This document shows positions 9,709 to 19,631 of a stretch of 64,000 nt of DNA, one piece after another; position 1 is the first letter of the stretch, and each line of letters starts with the position of its first letter. The DNA is taken from the NCBI GenBank assembly GCA_046297835.1, contig JBKBHI010000006.1, forward strand, positions 112,229 through 176,228. The letters run 5' to 3'. The position numbers and the translations under genes are program-made. Source of the DNA: Alphaproteobacteria bacterium. Lineage in GTDB: Bacteria; Pseudomonadota; Alphaproteobacteria; SMXQ01. The notes under the pieces were generated by a model. It was not told the origin of the DNA and ran no database searches. It was given only the letters and a program-made list of their open reading frames with translations.

Positions 9709-11480
9709 GCCTCGATTCGGCGGTGCCGGATTACGATCCGGAAAACTTCACCCATGTCCCGCCGGCCGGCTGGCGCGCGTTCTTCCGCGATTTCTTCCGT
9801 TTGGCCGGCGCTTATTGGAATTCCGAGCGCAAATGGGCGGCGCGTGGCTGGACGGCGGCGCTGGTGCTGCTGACCGGCGGACAGGTCGTCGTGCAGATCG
9901 CGCTCAATCTCTGGATCGAGCAGCTGTTCGACGCTTTCGGCACGCGCTCCATGGCTGGCTTCGTCGATCTCGCCCTGGTTTTCGCGGTGATCGTCGTCAG
10001 CCAGGTCGCGGTCACTTCGATCCATCTGCGCCTGCGCCGACGCTTGCAGGTGGCTTGGCGCGACTGGCTGACGGCGAAGCTGCTCGGGGGCTGGCTCGCC
10101 AGCGGCCGGCAGTATCTCCTCGATTTCGTCGGTGGCGCGCACGACAACCCGGACGGACGCATCGCCGAGGATATCCGCATCGCCACCGAATATGCGGTCG
10201 ATCTCGTCCATTCGCTGTTCTACTGCCTGCTGCTGTTCTTCAGCTTCGCCAGCATCCTGTGGACGCTGTCGGGCGAGGCGACGCTGCGCTTGGACGGCGT
10301 CGAGTTCTGGCTGCCGGGCCATCTTTTGTGGGCAGCCATCCTTTATGCCGCCATCGGCACCGTCATCGCGCTGCTGCTCGGCCCGCCGATGGTGCGCGCC
10401 GCGGAAGCGCGCCAAAGCCGGGAGGCCGATTTCCGTTTCGGTCTCGGCCGCGTGCGCCAAAGCGCGCTGGCCGTCGCGCTGCTGCACGGCGAAGCCGACG
10501 AGCGACGCCACCTCCGGAGCCTGTTCGGCGACGCGGTTTCGGCGTGGGACCGGCAGACCGCGGCTCTCACCAGCTACACCATGTTCACGGCCAGCTGGGC
10601 CGTGCTGTCGCCGATTTTCCCGGTGCTGATCGCCGCGCCGCGCTACATGATCGGCGCGATCACGCTCGGCGCGCTGATGCAGATCGCGCAGGCGTTCCAG
10701 CAGGCGGTGTCGGCGTTGTCCTGGCCGATCGACAATCTCTCGAAAGCCGCCGAATGGCGCGCTTCGGGCGAGCGTGTGCTCGGCCTGCACGCCGCCCTCG
10801 AAGAATTGCGCGCACATCCCGCCGAGGGCATCTCCGTCGCGCCGGGCGCGACAGCCGTTCTGGCGCTGCGCGGCCTAGTGCTTGAGGACCCGGATGGCGC
10901 GGCGAAGGTCCGCTTGCCTGATCTCGTGGTGAAGCCGGGCGAGCGATGGCTGATCTCGGGCCATCCTGGGGCGGCAATTCGTTTATTCAAGACGGTCGCC
11001 GGACTCTGGCCGTGGGGGCGGGGCACCATCGAGCTGCCGTCCGACGACAGCGTGTTCTTCATGCCGCAGCGGCCCTACCTGCCGGTCGGCAGCCTGTGCG
11101 ACGCCATCGGCTATCCGAGCGCGGGCGACGTTTGCGACCGCGCAGCGGCGCTCGCTGCGCTGGCACGCGTCGGGCTGTCGCATCTCGCCCCGCGGCTCGA
11201 CCGCGTCGAGGCTTGGGAGCAGACGCTGGGCGCGAGCGAGCAGCAGCGCCTGGGCTTCGCCCGCCTGCTCGTGCATCGGCCGCGTTGGATCTTCCTGCAG
11301 GAAGCGACCGATCAGCTCGACGCGGCCAGCGAGCGCGACATGCTGGATTTGCTGGCGCGCGAGTTTCCCGCTTCCGCCATCGTTCTCATGACCGAGCGTG
11401 GCGAAGAGAACCACGCCGCCTGGCGGCGCTTGACCTTCGTTAAAGAGGGCGGCTTGGCGACGGGACGCGTGTCCGGTTAG
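9705..11480 (+). CDS. YddA/BclA/ExsE-like ABC half-transporter (TMD + NBD) with degenerate ATPase motifs
   Basis: DNPDGRIAEDIR, EADFRFGL, GLWPWGRG, MPQRPYLP, EQQRLGFARLL; several TM segments. Confidence 0.88.
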   Translation: MSLDSAVPDYDPENFTHVPPAGWRAFFRDFFRLAGAYWNSERKWAARGWTAALVLLTGGQVVVQIALNLWIEQLFDAFGTRSMAGFVDLALVFAVIVVSQVAVTSIHLRLRRRLQVAWRDWLTAKLLGGWLASGRQYLLDFVGGAHDNPDGRIAEDIRIATEYAVDLVHSLFYCLLLFFSFASILWTLSGEATLRLDGVEFWLPGHLLWAAILYAAIGTVIALLLGPPMVRAAEARQSREADFRFGLGRVRQSALAVALLHGEADERRHLRSLFGDAVSAWDRQTAALTSYTMFTASWAVLSPIFPVLIAAPRYMIGAITLGALMQIAQAFQQAVSALSWPIDNLSKAAEWRASGERVLGLHAALEELRAHPAEGISVAPGATAVLALRGLVLEDPDGAAKVRLPDLVVKPGERWLISGHPGAAIRLFKTVAGLWPWGRGTIELPSDDSVFFMPQRPYLPVGSLCDAIGYPSAGDVCDRAAALAALARVGLSHLAPRLDRVEAWEQTLGASEQQRLGFARLLVHRPRWIFLQEATDQLDAASERDMLDLLAREFPASAIVLMTERGEENHAAWRRLTFVKEGGLATGRVSG

Positions 11481-12795
11481 CTCGCGTTTCGGCGATCATC
11501 TCGCGATACCAGCGCGCCGAGGCTTTCGGCGTGCGCTTCAGGCTCTTGAAATCGACGTGGATGATGCCGAAGCGGTTGGCGAAGCCCGCGCCCCATTCGA
11601 AATTGTCGAGCAGCGACCAGATGAAATAGCCGCGCACGTCGGCCCCGGCTTTGATCGCCGCGGCCATAGCCGCGAGATAATTCTTGAAATAAGCGATGCG
11701 GTGTTGGTCGTCGACCTCGTCGAAGCAGCACGGCACTTCATGGCTGCCGAAGCCGTTCTCGGTCACGTATATCGGCAGATGATAGCGCTGCCAGGCGTCG
11801 ATGATGGCGTCGCGGAAGGCGGCGGGGGCGATCGGCCAGTCGATGCCGGTGCGCGGCATCTCGGCAGGCGCTTCGCCCCACGCGAATCCCCAAGGCGCGG
11901 CGGCGTCGGCGCGCGCGAAGATCGTGTTGTAATGGTTGAGGCCGAACCAATCGGTCGGCCGGCAGATGCGCGCCATGTCGCCGGGGCGCAAGTGGGGTTC
12001 CATCTCTTCTGCGAGGCGTGGCCCGTAGCGGCCGAGAATCTGCGGGTCGGGAAAAGCGTTGTTCCACAACTCGTCGAGCGTCGCCGCCGCCGCGCGGTTT
12101 TCCGGCGTGTCGCTTTCCGGCAGCACCGCCTGCCGGTTGTGGATCGCGCCGATCGAGGCGTTCGCCACCTGGGCGCGTAGCACGTCCACCGCAGCGCCAT
12201 GCGCCAGATTGACATGATGGATGGCTTGCAGATGCGCCGTCTTGTCCTTGAGGCCGGGCGCCCCCCAATCCATCGCATAGCCGAACAGGGTGAAGACGGA
12301 AAATTCGTTGAAGGTGGCGAAACGCTTCACGCGGTCGCCGTAACGTCGCGCCACGAGGCCGGCGTAATCGGCGAACCAGCCGACGCTGTCGCGGCTTTGC
12401 CAGCCGCCGCGATCGTGCAGCGCCTGCGGCAAGTCCCAATGATAAAGGCAGAGCCAGGGCTCGATTCCGGCATGCAGCAGTTCGTCGATCAGCCGGTCGT
12501 AGAAGGCGAGGCCGGCTTCGTTGACGGCTCCTCGCCCCTCCGGCAGCACGCGCGGCCAAGCCACCGAGAAGCGATAGGCGTCGACGCCGATGCCGCGCAT
12601 CAGCGCCACGTCTTCGCGATAGCGGTGGTAATGATCGCAGGCGACGTCGCCCGTGTCGCCGTTGTCGATCTTGCCGGGTTGATGGCTGCGCATGTCCCAG
12701 ATGCTGGGGCCGCGACCGTCCTCGGCGGCGGCGCCCTCGATCTGATAGGCCGAGGTCGATACGCCCCAGATGAATTTTTCCGGCCAATGGATCAT
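11440..12795 (-). CDS. GH1 beta-glucosidase
   Basis: FIWGVSTSAYQIEG, DHYHRY, YRFSVAWPR, TFNE acid/base, VTENG nucleophile, WSLLDNFEW. Confidence 0.95.
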   Translation of the reverse strand: MIHWPEKFIWGVSTSAYQIEGAAAEDGRGPSIWDMRSHQPGKIDNGDTGDVACDHYHRYREDVALMRGIGVDAYRFSVAWPRVLPEGRGAVNEAGLAFYDRLIDELLHAGIEPWLCLYHWDLPQALHDRGGWQSRDSVGWFADYAGLVARRYGDRVKRFATFNEFSVFTLFGYAMDWGAPGLKDKTAHLQAIHHVNLAHGAAVDVLRAQVANASIGAIHNRQAVLPESDTPENRAAAATLDELWNNAFPDPQILGRYGPRLAEEMEPHLRPGDMARICRPTDWFGLNHYNTIFARADAAAPWGFAWGEAPAEMPRTGIDWPIAPAAFRDAIIDAWQRYHLPIYVTENGFGSHEVPCCFDEVDDQHRIAYFKNYLAAMAAAIKAGADVRGYFIWSLLDNFEWGAGFANRFGIIHVDFKSLKRTPKASARWYREMIAETRANRTRVPSPSRPL

Positions 12796-13199
12796 GCGCG
12801 CTCGCCGCTCTTCTGCGGCAGCATGCGGTCGGCAGCGCGGAAATAGCTGCGTGCGTGGGCGACGATCTGCCGATCGGTGGGATGGTCGACGGTCTCGATG
12901 CCGACGATTTTCTTCTCCGTCTCGGGCGCATGGCGATGCAGATGACGGATCAGCTCCAATTTGGCGCTCCCCGGCCCGACGATGAGAATCTCGCCAGCCG
13001 GGGCCAGGGCTTCGGCGATCTGACGCAGGTAATCGGGGTCGGTCGCCGCCTTGCCGCTGCCGATGGCGTTGGCCTTGTGATGAATATGCGCCTTGCGGTC
13101 ATGCGGATGCAGGACCTGGCTCGCGACATCGTCGGCGTTGAAGGCGAAGACCTTGGCTTGGGCGTGATCGAGCCAGACTATGGCGTGGAAATGCGGCAT
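12792..13199 (-). CDS. Small eRF1/pelota-domain-like ('translational machinery') protein
   Basis: HAIVWLDH.QAKVF, EILIVGPGSAKLEL, IVGIETVDHPTD.QIVAHAR pattern; RBS GGAGG upstream; ATGA coupling to the GH1 gene. Confidence 0.75.
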   Translation of the reverse strand: MPHFHAIVWLDHAQAKVFAFNADDVASQVLHPHDRKAHIHHKANAIGSGKAATDPDYLRQIAEALAPAGEILIVGPGSAKLELIRHLHRHAPETEKKIVGIETVDHPTDRQIVAHARSYFRAADRMLPQKSGERA

Positions 13200-13251
13200 G
13201 GCGGTCCTCCCGATGGATGCATCATCCTGCCGGGCAGGATCAGTCCCCGCC

Positions 13252-13265
13252 TTGATTTAGATCAG
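13252..13265. promoter_or_regulatory. FNR/FixK-like box TTGAT-TTAG-ATCAG
   Basis: 9/10 match to TTGAT-N4-ATCAA, centred about 60 nt upstream of the 13199 start codon (minus strand). Confidence 0.6.
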
Positions 13266-13326
13266 GGCCGGCCTGAGCGCGCCAGGTCCGGTTGACCCGC
13301 CGGCGACGGCGCGGCAAGGTGCCGCC

Positions 13327-13794
13327 ATGCTCGACGCAAATCCCTTCATGCTGCGCGCGCTCGCCGAGGCCGAGGCCGCCGCCCTGCGCGGGGAGGTGCC
13401 GGTCGGCGCGGTGATCGCCGATCCGGCGAGCGGCGAGATTCTCGCCGCCTGCGGCAACCGCACCGAGGAATTGAACGATCCCACGGCCCACGCCGAATTG
13501 CTGGCGATCCGCGAGGCGGCCGCCAAGCTCGGCTCGGCCCGGCTCATGCTGTGCGATCTCTACGTGACGCTGGAGCCATGCGCCATGTGCGCCGGAGCGA
13601 TCAGCATGGCCCGCCTGCGCCGGCTCTATTACGGCGCGGCCGATCCCAAGGGCGGCGCGGTCGATCACGGGCCGCGCTTCTTCGGCCAGCCGACCTGCCA
13701 TCACCGGCCCGAGGTCTATGGCGGCATCGCCGAGCGCGCGGCCGGCGACATGCTGCGCGATTTCTTCCGCGCGCGCCGCGAGGAGCGGGGCTGA
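13327..13794 (+). CDS. tadA: tRNA adenosine(34) deaminase TadA
   Basis: GEVPVGAV, DPTAHAE, VTLEPCAMC, YGAADPK. Confidence 0.92.
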   Translation: MLDANPFMLRALAEAEAAALRGEVPVGAVIADPASGEILAACGNRTEELNDPTAHAELLAIREAAAKLGSARLMLCDLYVTLEPCAMCAGAISMARLRRLYYGAADPKGGAVDHGPRFFGQPTCHHRPEVYGGIAERAAGDMLRDFFRARREERG

Positions 13795-14951
13795 TGGCGG
13801 CCGCGTCGCGCAACGAACCCAGGGGCCTGCCGCCCGGCGCGCCGCTCCCTGGCGATCCGGCTGCATGGTTCGCCGCCCGCAGCTCCACCAATCCGCGCTA
13901 CGTCTTCCACACCGCCGCCGGGCGCTACATTCTGCTCGGCTTGCTCGGCGCGGCGCGCCGGCCCGAAGTGGCGGCGGCCCTGAGGCGCGTCGCCGCGCGG
14001 CGCGCCCTGTTCGACGACCGGCAAGTCTCCTTTTTCGGCGTCAGCGTCGATCCGTCGGACGAGGCGGAAGGCCGCCTGCGCCCGAGCCTGCCCGGCGTGC
14101 GCTTCTTCTGGGATTTCGATCTGGCGGTCAGCAAGCTCTACGGCGCGACGCCGCCCGACGCCGCGCCCGGCCCGAAATTGATCTACCGGTCCTATTGGCT
14201 GCTGCTCGATCCGCTGCTGCGCGTGATCCGCGCCGCGCCCGTGGGCGAGATCGGCGATTTGCTCGACGAGATCGCCGCATTGCCGCCGCTCGACGTCGAG
14301 ACGCAATCGCAAGCGCCGGTGCTGACGCTGCCGCGCGTGCTGGAGCCAGAATTGTGCCGCGAGCTGATCGCGCGCTACGAGGCGGGCGAGACGCGCGATT
14401 CCGGCTTCATGCGCGACGTCGACGGCAAGACGACGCTGCTGGTCGATCACGGCCACAAGCGCCGCGCCGACCATCACATCGTCGACGAGGGCGTGCTGGC
14501 GGCGTTGCGTCTGCGCGTGCAGCGCCGGCTGATCCCGGAGATCGCCAAATCGTTCCAGTTTCATGTCACGCGCATGGAGCGCTATATCGTCGCCTGCTAC
14601 GACGGCGCGGACGGCGGCCATTTCCGCCCGCATCGCGACAACACGACGAAAGGCACGGCGCACCGCCGCTTCGCCGTGACAATCAATCTGAACGCCGAGG
14701 AGTACGACGGCGGCGACCTGCGCTTTCCCGAATTCGGCCCGCGTCTCTATCGCGCGCCGACCGGCGGCGCGGTGGTCTTTTCCTGCGGCCTGCTGCACGA
14801 GGCGACGCCGGTCACGCGCGGCAAGCGCTACGCCTTTCTGCCGTTCCTCTACGACGACGCGGCGGCGCGGGTGCGCGAGGAGAACCTGAAATTCCTCGCC
14901 GCCCAGGGCGGCCAGGCGCAAGACGCGGAGGACGACGCCGGCGCGGGCTAA
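13794..14951 (+). CDS. 2OG-Fe(II) oxygenase with N-terminal AhpC/TSA-like domain
   Basis: HFRPHRDNT (HxD), LLHEATPV (distal His), GGDLRFPEFG; N-terminal FFGVSVD thioredoxin-like strand; TGATG coupling to tadA. Confidence 0.85.
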   Translation: MAAASRNEPRGLPPGAPLPGDPAAWFAARSSTNPRYVFHTAAGRYILLGLLGAARRPEVAAALRRVAARRALFDDRQVSFFGVSVDPSDEAEGRLRPSLPGVRFFWDFDLAVSKLYGATPPDAAPGPKLIYRSYWLLLDPLLRVIRAAPVGEIGDLLDEIAALPPLDVETQSQAPVLTLPRVLEPELCRELIARYEAGETRDSGFMRDVDGKTTLLVDHGHKRRADHHIVDEGVLAALRLRVQRRLIPEIAKSFQFHVTRMERYIVACYDGADGGHFRPHRDNTTKGTAHRRFAVTINLNAEEYDGGDLRFPEFGPRLYRAPTGGAVVFSCGLLHEATPVTRGKRYAFLPFLYDDAAARVREENLKFLAAQGGQAQDAEDDAGAG

Positions 14952-14972
14952 AGCTCGCCGATCGTCGGAGCC

Positions 14973-16235
14973 TTACCGCTTCACGGCCCGCCAGCCGATG
15001 TCGCGGCGGCAAAAGCCGCCGGGCCAGTCGATCTTATCGACCGCCGCATAGGCTTTCTGCTGCGCCTCAAGCGCGGTTGCGCCGGTGGCAGTGACGGCGA
15101 GCACGCGGCCGCCGGTGGCGACGATATTGCCGTCCTTCAATGCGGTGCCGGCATGAAAGACGTTGCCGATCTCGTTCGCCGCGTCGAGCCCGCGAATCTC
15201 CGTGCCCTTCTCGTAAGGCCCCGGATAGCCTTTGGCGGCCATCACCACGGTCAACGCCGTTTCGTCGCGCCAGCGCAAGTCCACATGGGCCAGCGTGCCG
15301 TCGCGCGAGGCCATCAGCGCCGGCAGCAGGTCGGATTTAAGCCGCGTCATCAGCACCTGGCATTCCGGATCGCCGAAGCGCGTGTTGTATTCCAGCAGCT
15401 TCGGGCCGGTCTCGTCGATCATCAGGCCGGCGAACAGCACGCCCTTGAACGGCCGGCCCATGTCGGCCATCGCCGCCACCGTCGGCTCGATGATCTCGCG
15501 CATCACGCGCGCGGCCATCGCCTCGGTCACGACCGGGGCCGGCGAATAGGCGCCCATGCCGCCGGTGTTGGGGCCCGTGTCGCCGTCGCCGACGCGCTTA
15601 TGGTCCTGCGCCGAGGCGAGCGCCAGCGCGTGCTTGCCGTCGACCAGGGCGAAGAAGCTCGCTTCCTCGCCCTTGAGGAATTCCTCGATGACGAGCGACG
15701 CGCCCGCCGCGCCGAACGCGCCCGACAGCATGTCGCGCACGGCGGCTTCCGCCTGATCCATGCTCTCGGCGATCACCACGCCTTTGCCGGCGGCGAGCCC
15801 GTCGGCCTTCACGACGATGGGCAGCGACTGCGTCTTCAAGAAGGCGAGCGCGCTCTCGACATCGGTGAAGCGGCCATAGGCGGCGGTCGGAATGGCGTAT
15901 TTGGCGCACATGTCCTTGGTGAAGCCCTTGGAGCCTTCGAGCGCGGCGGCGGCCTGGTTCGGGCCGAAGGCGGCGATGCCGGCGGCTTCCAGCCGGTCCA
16001 CCAGGCCGAGCACCAGCGGCGTTTCCGGGCCGACGACGACGAAATCGACGCCCTTGTCCCGGGCCAGCTTCACCTGGCCGTCGATATCCTCGGCGGCGAC
16101 GGGAACGCATTCGGCGAGCACGGCGATGCCGGCGTTGCCGGGCGCGCAATAGAGCTTGTCGCACAGCGCCGAGGCGGAAATCGCCCAGCACAGCGCATGT
16201 TCGCGGCCGCCGCCGCCGACGACGAGTACCTTCAT
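14973..16235 (-). CDS. purD: Phosphoribosylamine--glycine ligase
   Basis: [57 protein letters not shown]. Confidence 0.97.
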   Translation of the reverse strand: MKVLVVGGGGREHALCWAISASALCDKLYCAPGNAGIAVLAECVPVAAEDIDGQVKLARDKGVDFVVVGPETPLVLGLVDRLEAAGIAAFGPNQAAAALEGSKGFTKDMCAKYAIPTAAYGRFTDVESALAFLKTQSLPIVVKADGLAAGKGVVIAESMDQAEAAVRDMLSGAFGAAGASLVIEEFLKGEEASFFALVDGKHALALASAQDHKRVGDGDTGPNTGGMGAYSPAPVVTEAMAARVMREIIEPTVAAMADMGRPFKGVLFAGLMIDETGPKLLEYNTRFGDPECQVLMTRLKSDLLPALMASRDGTLAHVDLRWRDETALTVVMAAKGYPGPYEKGTEIRGLDAANEIGNVFHAGTALKDGNIVATGGRVLAVTATGATALEAQQKAYAAVDKIDWPGGFCRRDIGWRAVKR

Positions 16236-16324
16236 TGCAGGCCCTTTATTTCCTGGCCGCCCTGGATGCGGGCGGGGCGTCTTGATAGCATAGGGCCGGC
16301 TTTCAAGAAACGCGGTCCTTCCCC

Positions 16325-17794
16325 TTGGCGAGTTATCCACCCCCCACTGGTTTTGAGCCAGATCTGGCCCCGAATGAGGGCGCGGGAAACGCGCCGATCC
16401 TCACGGTCGGCGAGCTTGCCTTCGCGCTCAAGCGCACGGTGGAGGACGCCTTCGGCCGCGTGCGCCTGCGCGGCGAAATCTCCGGCTTCAAGCGCCACAC
16501 GTCGGGCCATTGCTATTTCCGCCTGAAGGACATGGACGCCGCCATCGAGGCGGTGCTGTTTCGCGGCTCGGCCGGCAAGCTGACGATCAAGCCCGAGGAC
16601 GGCATGGAGGTGATCGCCACCGGGCGCGTCACCACCTATCCGGGCCGCTCGCAGTACCAGATCATCGTCGACACGGTGGAGCTGGCCGGCCAGGGCGCGC
16701 TGCTGAAACTGATCGAGGACCGCCGCAAGCGCCTGGAGGCCGAAGGCCTGTTCGATCAGGACCGCAAGCGCCCGCTGCCCTTCCTGCCCGACGTGATCGG
16801 CGTCGTCACCTCGCCGACCGGCGCGGTGATCCGCGACATCCTGCATCGGTTGAACGACCGTTTCCCGCGCCATGTGCTGCTGTGGCCGGTGCTGGTGCAG
16901 GGCGACGGCGCGGCCGAACAGGTGGCGCGCGCCATCAAGGGCTTCAACGCCCTGGAACGCGGCGGCGCCGTGCCGCGCCCCGATCTGCTGATCGTCGCGC
17001 GCGGCGGCGGCAGCCTGGAAGACCTCATGGCCTTCAACGAGGAAGCGGTGATCCGCGCCGCCGCCGAATCGGACATTCCGCTGATCTCCGCCGTCGGCCA
17101 CGAAACCGACACGACGCTGATCGACTTCGCCTCCGACCGCCGCGCGCCGACGCCGACCGCCGCCGCCGAAATGGCCGTGCCTGTGCGCGCCGACTTGCTG
17201 GCGCAGGTGATGGACGACGGCACGCGCCTAGTGCGCGGCTTCGGCCGCGGCCTGCAGGAACGGGCCGAGCGCCTCGGCGCGCTGGCGCGCGTCATGGGCG
17301 ACCCGCAGCGCCTGATCGAGGATTACGCCCAGCGCCTCGACGACCGCTGGGAGCGCCTGCGCCTCGCCGGCGACGGGATGCTGTCGCGCTTCGCCGCCGT
17401 CATCGCCACCGCCGCCGCCGCGCTGCGCCCGCAACGCCTGCAGGCCTTGCTCGAACAGCGCGAGGAGCGGCTGGAGACGGCCGGCGCGCGACTTGCCGCC
17501 GCCGGCGGCCGGGCGCTGATGGACGCCGAACGCCATGTGGCGCAGCTCGGCAAGCTGCTCGACAGCTATTCGCACAAGTCGGTGCTGGCGCGCGGTTTCG
17601 CGCTGGTCGTCGGGCCGGACGGCCATCTCGTCGGCTCGGCCGCCGCATCAAAAGCCGGCGACACGGTCGCGCTGCGCTTCCATGACGGCGAGCGCGCGGC
17701 GGTGATCGACGGTGAGGACAAAAAAGCCGTGCCGATGAAGCCGGCCAAGCCAAAGACGCCGGTCGGCGGCGGCACGCAAGGCAGTTTGCTATGA
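16325..17794 (+). CDS. xseA: Exodeoxyribonuclease VII large subunit
   Basis: [52 protein letters not shown]; the TTG start is uncertain. Confidence 0.95.
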   Translation: MASYPPPTGFEPDLAPNEGAGNAPILTVGELAFALKRTVEDAFGRVRLRGEISGFKRHTSGHCYFRLKDMDAAIEAVLFRGSAGKLTIKPEDGMEVIATGRVTTYPGRSQYQIIVDTVELAGQGALLKLIEDRRKRLEAEGLFDQDRKRPLPFLPDVIGVVTSPTGAVIRDILHRLNDRFPRHVLLWPVLVQGDGAAEQVARAIKGFNALERGGAVPRPDLLIVARGGGSLEDLMAFNEEAVIRAAAESDIPLISAVGHETDTTLIDFASDRRAPTPTAAAEMAVPVRADLLAQVMDDGTRLVRGFGRGLQERAERLGALARVMGDPQRLIEDYAQRLDDRWERLRLAGDGMLSRFAAVIATAAAALRPQRLQALLEQREERLETAGARLAAAGGRALMDAERHVAQLGKLLDSYSHKSVLARGFALVVGPDGHLVGSAAASKAGDTVALRFHDGERAAVIDGEDKKAVPMKPAKPKTPVGGGTQGSLL

Positions 17795-18639
17795 AGAGAT
17801 TTTTTTTCGCGCTCGTGCTGCTGGCGACCCCTGTGTCGGCGCAGGACATTCGCCAGGTCGACGAATATGGCGGCATGAGCTTCAGCCTGACCGGCACGGC
17901 GACCCAGGGCGGTTTGTTGATCGGCAAGACCAAGCCGCACAGCCGCGTGCGCGCCAACGGCGTCGAGCTGCAAGTCGCCTCGAACGGCGCGTTCCTGATC
18001 GGCTTCGGCCGCGATTACGACAGCACCTTCGTCGAGGTCGTCGTCACTGCGCCCGACCAATCCTCGACCGAGACGCGGAGCATTCCCGTCCTGCCGCGCG
18101 TCTATGACGTGCAGAGCATCACCGGCGTCGCGCAAAAATACGTCGAGCCGCCGCCGGAAGACCTCAAGCGCATCGCCGAGGAGCGCCGGCTGATCGCCGG
18201 GGCGCGCGAGCGCAAGGCCGACGCCAGCGATTTCGATGCGGGATTCATATGGCCGGTCGAGGGGCCGATCAGCGGCGTGTTCGGCAGCCAGCGCATTTTC
18301 AACGGCCAGCCGCGCGCGCCGCACAACGGCGTCGACATCGCCGCCGGGCGCGGCGCGACCGTCGTCGCCGCCAGCCGCGGCGTGGTCACGCTGGCCGAGA
18401 AGGGCCTGTTCTTCAACGGCAACGTGGTCATCATCGACCACGGCCTCAGCCTCAGCACCGTCTATGTCCATCTCGACGAGATCATGGTGAAGAAGGGCCA
18501 GCGCGTGAATATCGGCGAGGCCATCGGCAAGGTCGGCGCGACGGGACGCGTCACCGGCCCGCATCTGCATTGGGGCGCGAACGTCGCCGGCGAGGCCATC
18601 GACCCGCAATTGCTGGTCGGCCCGATGGTGCGGCGGTAG
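17791..18639 (+). CDS. M23 family metallopeptidase, secreted
   Basis: HNGVDIA, IDHG, TGPHLHW; signal peptide. Confidence 0.92.
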   Translation: MKRFFFALVLLATPVSAQDIRQVDEYGGMSFSLTGTATQGGLLIGKTKPHSRVRANGVELQVASNGAFLIGFGRDYDSTFVEVVVTAPDQSSTETRSIPVLPRVYDVQSITGVAQKYVEPPPEDLKRIAEERRLIAGARERKADASDFDAGFIWPVEGPISGVFGSQRIFNGQPRAPHNGVDIAAGRGATVVAASRGVVTLAEKGLFFNGNVVIIDHGLSLSTVYVHLDEIMVKKGQRVNIGEAIGKVGATGRVTGPHLHWGANVAGEAIDPQLLVGPMVRR

Positions 18640-18654
18640 GGCCGTTTCTCCAAC

Positions 18655-18742
18655 CGTCACCCTCGGGCTTGTCCCGAGGGTCCATTTTTCAAGCGCTCAG
18701 GCGGCGGATGCATGGATGCTCGGGTCAAGCCCGAGCATGACG
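18655..18742. repeat. CGTC-tagged REP dimer (26-nt spacer)
   Basis: CGTC-ACCCTCGGG-CTTGT-CCCGAGGGT-CCAT on + and CGTC-ATGCTCGGG-CTTGA-CCCGAGCAT-CCAT on -; between convergent M23 and lpxL genes. Confidence 0.92.
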
Positions 18743-18761
18743 GCTTTCTTTGAAGCCCCGC

Positions 18762-19631
18762 CTAATCCGGCCAGCGGCGGTGCACCCAGAGCCATTGGCC
18801 GGGGTTGCGGCGGATCCAGCTTTCCATCGCCAAGTTGATCTCGGCGGTCAGCGTCACGATGTCGGCCTTGCGGTCGCCGCTCTTCGGCAGCGCCATCGGC
18901 GGCAGGATGCGCAGCCGGAAGCGCGCGCTGCGTCCGATGCGCTCGACATAGCCCGGCAGCAGATAGCAATCGTATTTCAGCGCGAGCTGGGCGATGGCCG
19001 GCGCGGTCATCGCCGGACGGCCGAAGAAGGGCGCAGGGATGCCGTCGTTCATCTTCTGGTCGGGCAGCATGCCGATATGGCCGCCGGCCTTCAGCACCTC
19101 GACGATGCGGCGCGCGCCGGAGGTGCCCTTGGCGATCATTTCGGCCTTCAGGCCCTTGCGGCCGTAGCGCAGCAGCCATTCGGCGGCGGGATCGTTGGCG
19201 GCGCGATAGACGATGGCCAGCGGCGTCGTCCACGGCCCGCGCTGGATCACGGCATGCGCCGACAATTCCCAATTGCCGAGATGGGGCGTAAAGAAGATGC
19301 CCGGCTTGCCGTCGTCGCGCATGGCGTCGGCGTGCTCGATGCCGCTGATCTCGAAGCGCGGATCGTTGTAGATATCCATGCGGCCGATATGGGGGAATTC
19401 GGCCATCACGCGGCCGAGGTTGTCCCACATCTCGGTCATGATCGAGTCGATCTCGGCCGGCGATTTCTCGGGAAAGGCGGCGACGAGATTGCGCCTTGCG
19501 ATCTTGCGCACGCCGAGCCGCGGGCCAAACGTGCGGCCGAGCCAGCCGCCTAAATTTGACGCGACGTCGAGCGGCAGCGCGGCGAACAGATGGAAGGCCA
19601 GCCAGTAGAGCGCTTTCACGGCTCCGGTCAT
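18762..19631 (-). CDS. lpxL: Lipid A late acyltransferase (LpxL/HtrB family)
   Basis: HLGNWEL, MLPDQKMNDG..FFG, PGQWLWVHRRW. Confidence 0.88.
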   Translation of the reverse strand: MTGAVKALYWLAFHLFAALPLDVASNLGGWLGRTFGPRLGVRKIARRNLVAAFPEKSPAEIDSIMTEMWDNLGRVMAEFPHIGRMDIYNDPRFEISGIEHADAMRDDGKPGIFFTPHLGNWELSAHAVIQRGPWTTPLAIVYRAANDPAAEWLLRYGRKGLKAEMIAKGTSGARRIVEVLKAGGHIGMLPDQKMNDGIPAPFFGRPAMTAPAIAQLALKYDCYLLPGYVERIGRSARFRLRILPPMALPKSGDRKADIVTLTAEINLAMESWIRRNPGQWLWVHRRWPD

